Origin: Eledone cirrhosa
Taxonomy: Eukaryota
NCBI GenBank assembly: GCA_964016885.1
Contig: OZ024743.1
Coordinates: 112,220,001-112,284,000, forward strand
DNA length: 64,000 nt
Reading direction: 5' to 3'
Part shown: piece by piece, positions 57,585 to 64,000 of the stretch
How positions within the stretch are numbered: the first letter of the stretch is position 1
How the letters are laid out: the number at the start of each line of letters is the position of its first letter
The notes under the pieces: generated by a model
Database searches by the model: none
Told to the model about the DNA's origin: nothing
What the model saw: the letters and a program-made list of their open reading frames with translations, nothing else
Program-made: the position numbers and the translations under genes

Positions 57585-59481
57585 CTTATATATATTTATA
57601 ATGATAGACGAAAATACCCAAGACAACGGGGATGATGGTGCTGGTGGGTCTGGAGATAATTGGTGCAGTCAGGAGAATGTAAAGAAGATCGCCCCTGTGC
57701 AATATTTAGGTTCATATATCTAGATGTTACAAAGATTTTTTTTATTTTCAAAGACATTTTACAACTTCTCATCTTTCATCCCCAATAATTCATTTCCTCC
57801 TTAACCCCTATGTTTCTTTTCTTCGTTTTCGATTCCTTTTATTCGTACTTTCTTTCTTTTTCTACCTCACATCGTCGGGTTTCCTTTGCTATTGGAGAAA
57901 TATGCTGTTTGTTCAGTTTTACATACCGTTGGTGATGGAAAAGAACGCAGCATGTCATGTGGCTGTTTATTTCATCTTTTATTTCATTTCACTTTAAACA
58001 TTCAGAATCTTCCCTACCACTCTTCATTCCTCCTACTCCTCCTCCCCCAATACTCACTGATATTTCCAATCCCATTGCCATTCGCATCCCATTTCCATTC
58101 CATATCCAACGCCATACCCATGCCTTTACTTATTCCGATCTCTACCTTTTATAATTGAAATTTATAAAAGGTTACATATGGCTGTTGGATACACTAGCGA
58201 TTTATGACTGATGTTGTCCTACCACAACAGGAACTGCATCATTCAGAAATTCTATGAAAGAAATCATAGAAAATACAATTATTTATCTTCCAAAGAATTC
58301 AAGTTGATGTCTATACATAATTCCATTGGTTAATACATATATTTGCAAAAGGGGCAATTCGAAAGACGTAATTTTATTCTTAGAATTCATTATCTTTATT
58401 TCAATATGTTCACTCTTATAATTATACATAGATATATAAATATGCATGTTCTTCGCAGGTTAATGTTAAAATTATTCAAAGTTAGAGAAAGAACCGGTTT
58501 CAAATCCAGAAAAATATCCTTTGGTTGGAATTTAAACATGAACTAGGTTGTTATGCAAGTATGCATGCATTTATGTAGCAATTTGTTGAGCTGTACAGGA
58601 ACCTATATGCATGTTTGCATATCTATCCGTGTAATATGTTCTTATTACAAGCTAAACTTCAGGAATAATTTTCAGATTTTCCAGTACTATTAACAGTTTA
58701 TAATTTTCGATTCAGATATAACACTTTAACATTTACATTATTCTATATTTACTATAGTATTTTCACGTAAAGGCTTTACCTCACATAATTATCTCACATA
58801 ACATTGAATCTGAGATTTTGATATTTATTTTGAGAACAATACCTTAAAGTATCTATGAGGAGCCAGTTACAGCCGATTTGAACAGAAAGAGGTGAGAGAA
58901 TTCTGACCGGATACGGCCGGTTTAAATGCTTAAGTGTTAAACTTTTATTTTCTATTTTGTTGAAACCCATTTTCTGAAGATTGGCTCTGAGAAATGTGTG
59001 CAAATAAGGAAATATTCCCAATAACCATAGTTATAAACCCAAATTATAGTCCGCTGGAATATCTGCAGATTTCTCATGGGCTCGAAAGAGATGTTTCTTT
59101 AATCACAAATATTATGGTAACAACTGATGGTAAATTGCTTTCTACAATTGTACACATTTTTGTCGCTGCCCCCAAATCATTTTGTCTCGAATTTTATACA
59201 TATATATTACAGAGGTTTCGTGAAGGATAATGAACCGATGTGATGTCACATTATTGGTTCGTTTCCTACCATCAGGTGGTGAATTTGAAAAGTTATAAGA
59301 ATGTCGGCTAGAATGTTTGCGTTACTCGTTCAAGGCATCTACGCTGTTTGGATTCAAATTTCGCAGAGATTAACATTATATTTCTTCCTTTCGGAGTCGA
59401 TAAAAAAGCTGTCAAACCAGTACTGGGGTCGATTCTTTCTCTGTATTTCTTTCTCATTCCCTCTCTATTCTCTTTACCTCA

Positions 59482-59595
<114 letters not shown>

Positions 59596-59599
59596 AATC

Positions 59600-62500
59600 A
59601 AGCAATTGAGAACAACAAAAACAACAAAAACAACGACAACAATGACAACAGCAAAAGCAACCATAAAAAATCTTTTGCCACAATAAGCAAAGGAACTTTT
59701 ACAAATATTGATATTTCCAATACGAAGGAAATGATCAATGAAGGAAAAAAATATATTACCTTCGAGGAAAAAGGGGGATTTTAAATCACCTCTCCGCCAC
59801 AAATCAAAGCCGACACAATGCGAAGGAGTGTGATTTTTCGCATGATTTCGAACACAAAAAAACAAACAACTGCTCAACCACAAACAACAGAAAAAACACA
59901 AACAATTCCCCTGAACAGTCCCACCCATGCCACTCCATCCAACACTACCACAATCACACACACAATCACACACACAAACACACTATCACCACACAACATA
60001 ATGCTACCACACGCCCCTGATGACGATTCATCGTCAGACGAGGCTACTTCTCCATCCCCAAGAGAAGATGAAGGAGAGCCTCGGAAATAAAAAAAAACAA
60101 AAACAGAGACACTGCAAACCCACAAAAACAACAATCACCAACACGAACACACAGCCCCCAACAGAAACAAGAAAACAAACACCACCACAATCAACCCCCC
60201 ACCCCCACCCCACCCCACCCCCTCCAGCAAAACAAACAAAAATACATATACATTAACAAACAAAAACCTAATGGAGGTCATCTCCCAAGACCCCAAAGTA
60301 GAAACTGAGGGGAAAACTTTTGTCAAGGCAGACTCTCAACCACACCTAAAACTGATAAGGGTTTCGATAGAAACCTATCAGAAATTAAAAGAACAATTTT
60401 CACAGGACGTTGGCAACCCCTGTCAAAAGCCCATCAACCACGTCCTATTAAAATGTTTCCCCACTCAACACCCCCACCAGCACCCAAATGGAGATTGAAC
60501 AACCCAATCTCCAGGAAACGAAAAGGTAAGTGCATCTTTTCGTCCTTTTTCGCCAACTCTTCTCCACCAACTTGGCTAATTTATGAGTTGGAAGTGTGAA
60601 TGTGCGTGGCCTAGGGATGCTCTGGAAACAGGGCCAACGTTTAAACGAGCTTAGGTCACGCGAGGTGGATGTGATAGCCATCACCGAGTCCAGGATCCAC
60701 AACAGGCAGCAACTAACCCCCATATTCAATGACTTTGAGATCTACGCATCTCTTTGTCAGCCAGGAGGTGGAGGGCGTGTGGCTATCATGTTTCGGAAAA
60801 ACCTGGACCTCGAAATACAGCAAGCACACTTGGACCCGAAAGGTACACTGGTAGTTCTAGACGTGAACAGTCTTGGAGGTGGAGCCTTCAGACTGGTGGT
60901 CAGACAGATTCTTCAGACAGATTCTTTATTAGAGAGAGAGAAAAGAAGATGTTAAGCTGTCCAGAAATGCACATGGTTGCCTATTCAGATCACAAACTAG
61001 TCATCTGCATAGTCAACCGTGTTAGAATACAGAGACAAGGACCCGGATACTGGAAACTGAACGTGTCGCTACCGACACCTAAAGACTACAGTGAACGGAT
61101 AAGTAGATTAGTTAAGCAACAGTTGACGGGAGCCATCGTCAACAACAGATGGTGGAACTCTCTCAAGAGAGCAATTAGAGTAGAGTCGATAGACTTTAGC
61201 AAATAATTAGCATTAGAGAAAAACAAAACAGAAACAGAACTAGTAGCCAAGGTAGAGGAGGCGCTTAGGAGTGACAATGAAGCTAGAGTGCTAACAACGA
61301 GAACGGCACTGGACCACTTCTTCGACGCGAAACACGAAGGCCGCGTGGTCAAAAGTAAATCTAGGAAACGAGGGAGCAGAAGCTGTTAGCTGGGCCCGAG
61401 TGGCAGAGGCGAAAAGTGGTAAAAAGTCCACGATTCGGTCTTTGAAAGACCAAAACGGACGCGTGCTACTTGACCCCAAGCGGATGTGCGCGGCCTTTCA
61501 GAGGCACTTTGCGGAACTGTTCGAGCAGAATGGCGGTGCGTCAAACGGGGCAAAGGACTTCGGTTCATACCCCGACGGCTTGCCGCATCTCTCTAGCATG
61601 GACGCCGAGTTCTGCGAAAGACCGATCACAGCCACTGAGATACGGGATGTTCTGAGTCGTTGCAGGAAACGCAAATCACCCGGTCTAGATGGTCTACCCT
61701 ATGAGTTTTACATAGGCATGCCGAACCTGTTCTCTGGCGTCCTCGAAGCCGTCTACTGCAACTGGCAACAGAACAGGATAATTGCCAGTTCTGCAGGCAG
61801 GGGCGTAGTAACGCTGAGCAGGAAAGACGAGAACAAGGGAGACGAACTAAGCTACTTTGGGCCCATAACTCTGCTCAACACAGAGTTAAAGATTTTGGCC
61901 AAGGTGTTGGTAATGAGATTGGCGCTTGTCGTCGAAAACCTCGTAGGGAAAGCACAAACGTGTGCAATCCCGACCAGGTCCATACACGACAACCACCACC
62001 TCATGCGATACATCATAGAGAGGCTAGGGTGTAAACCAGGCTTCGGTGGAGCTCTGATCAATTTAGATCAGTCTAAGGCATTCGATAGGGTCGACCATCA
62101 CTACACTGGAAGTGGTTCTAAAGGCGGCCGGTTTCGGACCCCTCTTAAGGGGTTGGATCGCTGCAATGCACACCAACATCTGCTCGATGATCAAGGTGAT
62201 CGGCTACCTATCGGAGCTGTTTGCAAACACGCGTTCCACCCGACAGAGATGCCCTCTCTCCTCCATGCTGTACGTACTGACTCTAGAGCCACTACTGCGG
62301 AAGTTGGAGCTGCTGCAGGGCATCCCGTTGGAACTGGGACTGCGGAAAGCGGCGTCGGCTTATGCCGACGACTTGACAGTAATGGTGTCGGAAACCTCGG
62401 GAATCGGGGCGATTGGCAACTTATTGCAAAAATACGAAAGGCTCACAGGAGCAAAATTGAACCCGGACAAGTCTGTCGGTTTGCAACTCGGAACGTGGAG

Positions 62501-63068
62501 AGGCAAACCAATGCCGACCGACAGCGTCGTCGGACGCTGGACGGACGGACCGGTGAAATTGCTCGGGGTCTGGTTCTGTCCGGACCTCCAGGTGGAGAAA
62601 AACTGGAACGAAGTCACGGCCAAGGTATTTGCGCTCACCCAGAAGTGGGCAGAGTGCAAACTATCCTTGAAAGGTCGAGCGGAGGTGGCGAGCACTTTCA
62701 TAGCGTCCATCATCTACTACCGCTTGACCGTTGGAGAGAGAGGCACTGCACCCCGGTAAATTTACTGAAAGGTGGGTGAATGTGGTAAAAATGGCCCGAA
62801 CGATTGGTCCTTCTTTGTATATAAACCTGTAGGTTGAAGAAGAGAGCAAAAGGAAGAAGGGACCACTTGCACAACACGCTCCTGAAGTTGAGGGTTGTTC
62901 TAACTACGGGGTATTAAACAACCCATTTGTGGCGCCTCCCCCCTATTGGGGATTTCGATTGTTTAATTTGTTTGTTTCAATATTTTTACACGATTGTATG
63001 TAAAATCCCCGGCATGTGTCTTTTTTTTGTCCCCATTTCTTGTGCGCCCTTGTGGCAAATAAAGAAAT
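59600..63068 (+). mobile_element. L1/Tx1-clade LINE pseudogene with internal deletions
   Basis: NVRGLG, DVIAITE, GPGYWKLN, KSPGLDG, LDQSKAFDRVDH, AYADDL; deletions near 60900 and 62730; ends gtggcaaataaagaaa then (TATC)-like repeats. Confidence 0.92.
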
Positions 63069-63309
63069 ATATCTATCTGTATCTACCTATATTATTATCT
63101 TTAGAATACTTTTTTTTATTTTCGAATTACTGTTTATTTAGGAGGAAAGGGCCTTATTTATGGGCCTTTTGTCCGTGGTTCCGTGATTAGTTGGAGGAGT
63201 CCTGTCCGTTAATTTATTTGCTTTCATTGCCTTTGCTTCACGGCACAGGCATTGGTTTATATCTGGAGATCTCTCTGCACTTGTCACATGGTGCCATGGG
63301 TCCAGCACT

Positions 63310-63462
63310 AGGTGTCAATAATTGTCACAGGTGTAGTGTATGTACCAGAGTTTTTAAGTCGCTGGCTGGACTAAAATGTCACACTCGTTCAGCGCATCGG
63401 TAGGGGTTCTTTTACATGGATATAAAGTAGTGGCCGTACTCGAAAACGAGTTGGCAGCCACT
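63310..63462 (+). mobile_element. 3' end of an RTE-like LINE with C2H2 finger
   Basis: [23 protein letters not shown], stop, short UTR, then (TA)n. Confidence 0.55.
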
Positions 63463-63464
63463 AT

Positions 63465-63495
<31 letters not shown>

Positions 63496-63556
63496 GTTAT
63501 AGTTATATATATATATATATACATACATACATACATACATACATACATACATACAT

Positions 63557-63628
<72 letters not shown>

Positions 63629-63645
63629 ATAACTATATATATATA

Positions 63646-63681
<36 letters not shown>

Positions 63682-63691
63682 TATACATATA

Positions 63692-63722
<31 letters not shown>

Positions 63723-64000
63723 GTGTGTGTGTGTTATAATTAAACTGAAGAACTCATGTGAGGATTTATATGGATACATAGAGAAACACAATTTTGAAAA
63801 CAGTATTCAGTGAAAAATGTTGGTTAAAAAAAAAAATCATACTATATTAAATTATATTTGAACAAGTCGGAGAAAAATGAGTAAATTCCCGACACAAAAA
63901 ATGTAGTGAAAATATCGAATTTTAACAAACTAAAACAAATTGCTATCTCGGAATAGAGTAATATAATAATCGAATCGAATTTGGTAAAACTATTGCAAAA

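Noticed and set aside
59210-59280. Minus-strand CUGAUGG, long hairpin, GAAA
   Set aside because: The hairpin is real, but the core is altered and no stem I forms, so it is not called a hammerhead.

Overview
Gene-poor, AT-rich eukaryotic DNA, most likely an octopus or other coleoid cephalopod (inferred from the tRNA-derived SINE families). It is dominated by microsatellites ((TA)n, (CA)n, (CT)n, (GATA)n, triplets), SINEs and decayed non-LTR retrotransposons (L1/Tx1, RTE, R4/Dong-like, HERO-like, Penelope-like). Nearly all listed ORFs are microsatellite artefacts or retroelement fragments, and no host gene can be called with confidence. The main structure is a recurring insertion architecture inside (TA)n tracts: tail-out inverted duplications with arms of about 35 to 960 bp. 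One arm usually carries an extra 40-110 nt tail, and the arms often carry minimal type I hammerhead ribozyme motifs (CUGANGA...GAAA...NUH, often with a palindromic loop III). About 8 hammerhead motifs with intact core boxes and several decayed ones are visible, from unrelated Penelope-like families. One insertion is a tail-out RTE/Penelope chimera. Also seen: a Tx1-like family sitting in (GATA)n tracts, a full-length 5S rRNA pseudogene abutting a SINE, a hAT MITE with an 8-bp TSD and a 1.1-kb 21-bp minisatellite. All calls were made by eye and boundaries are approximate.
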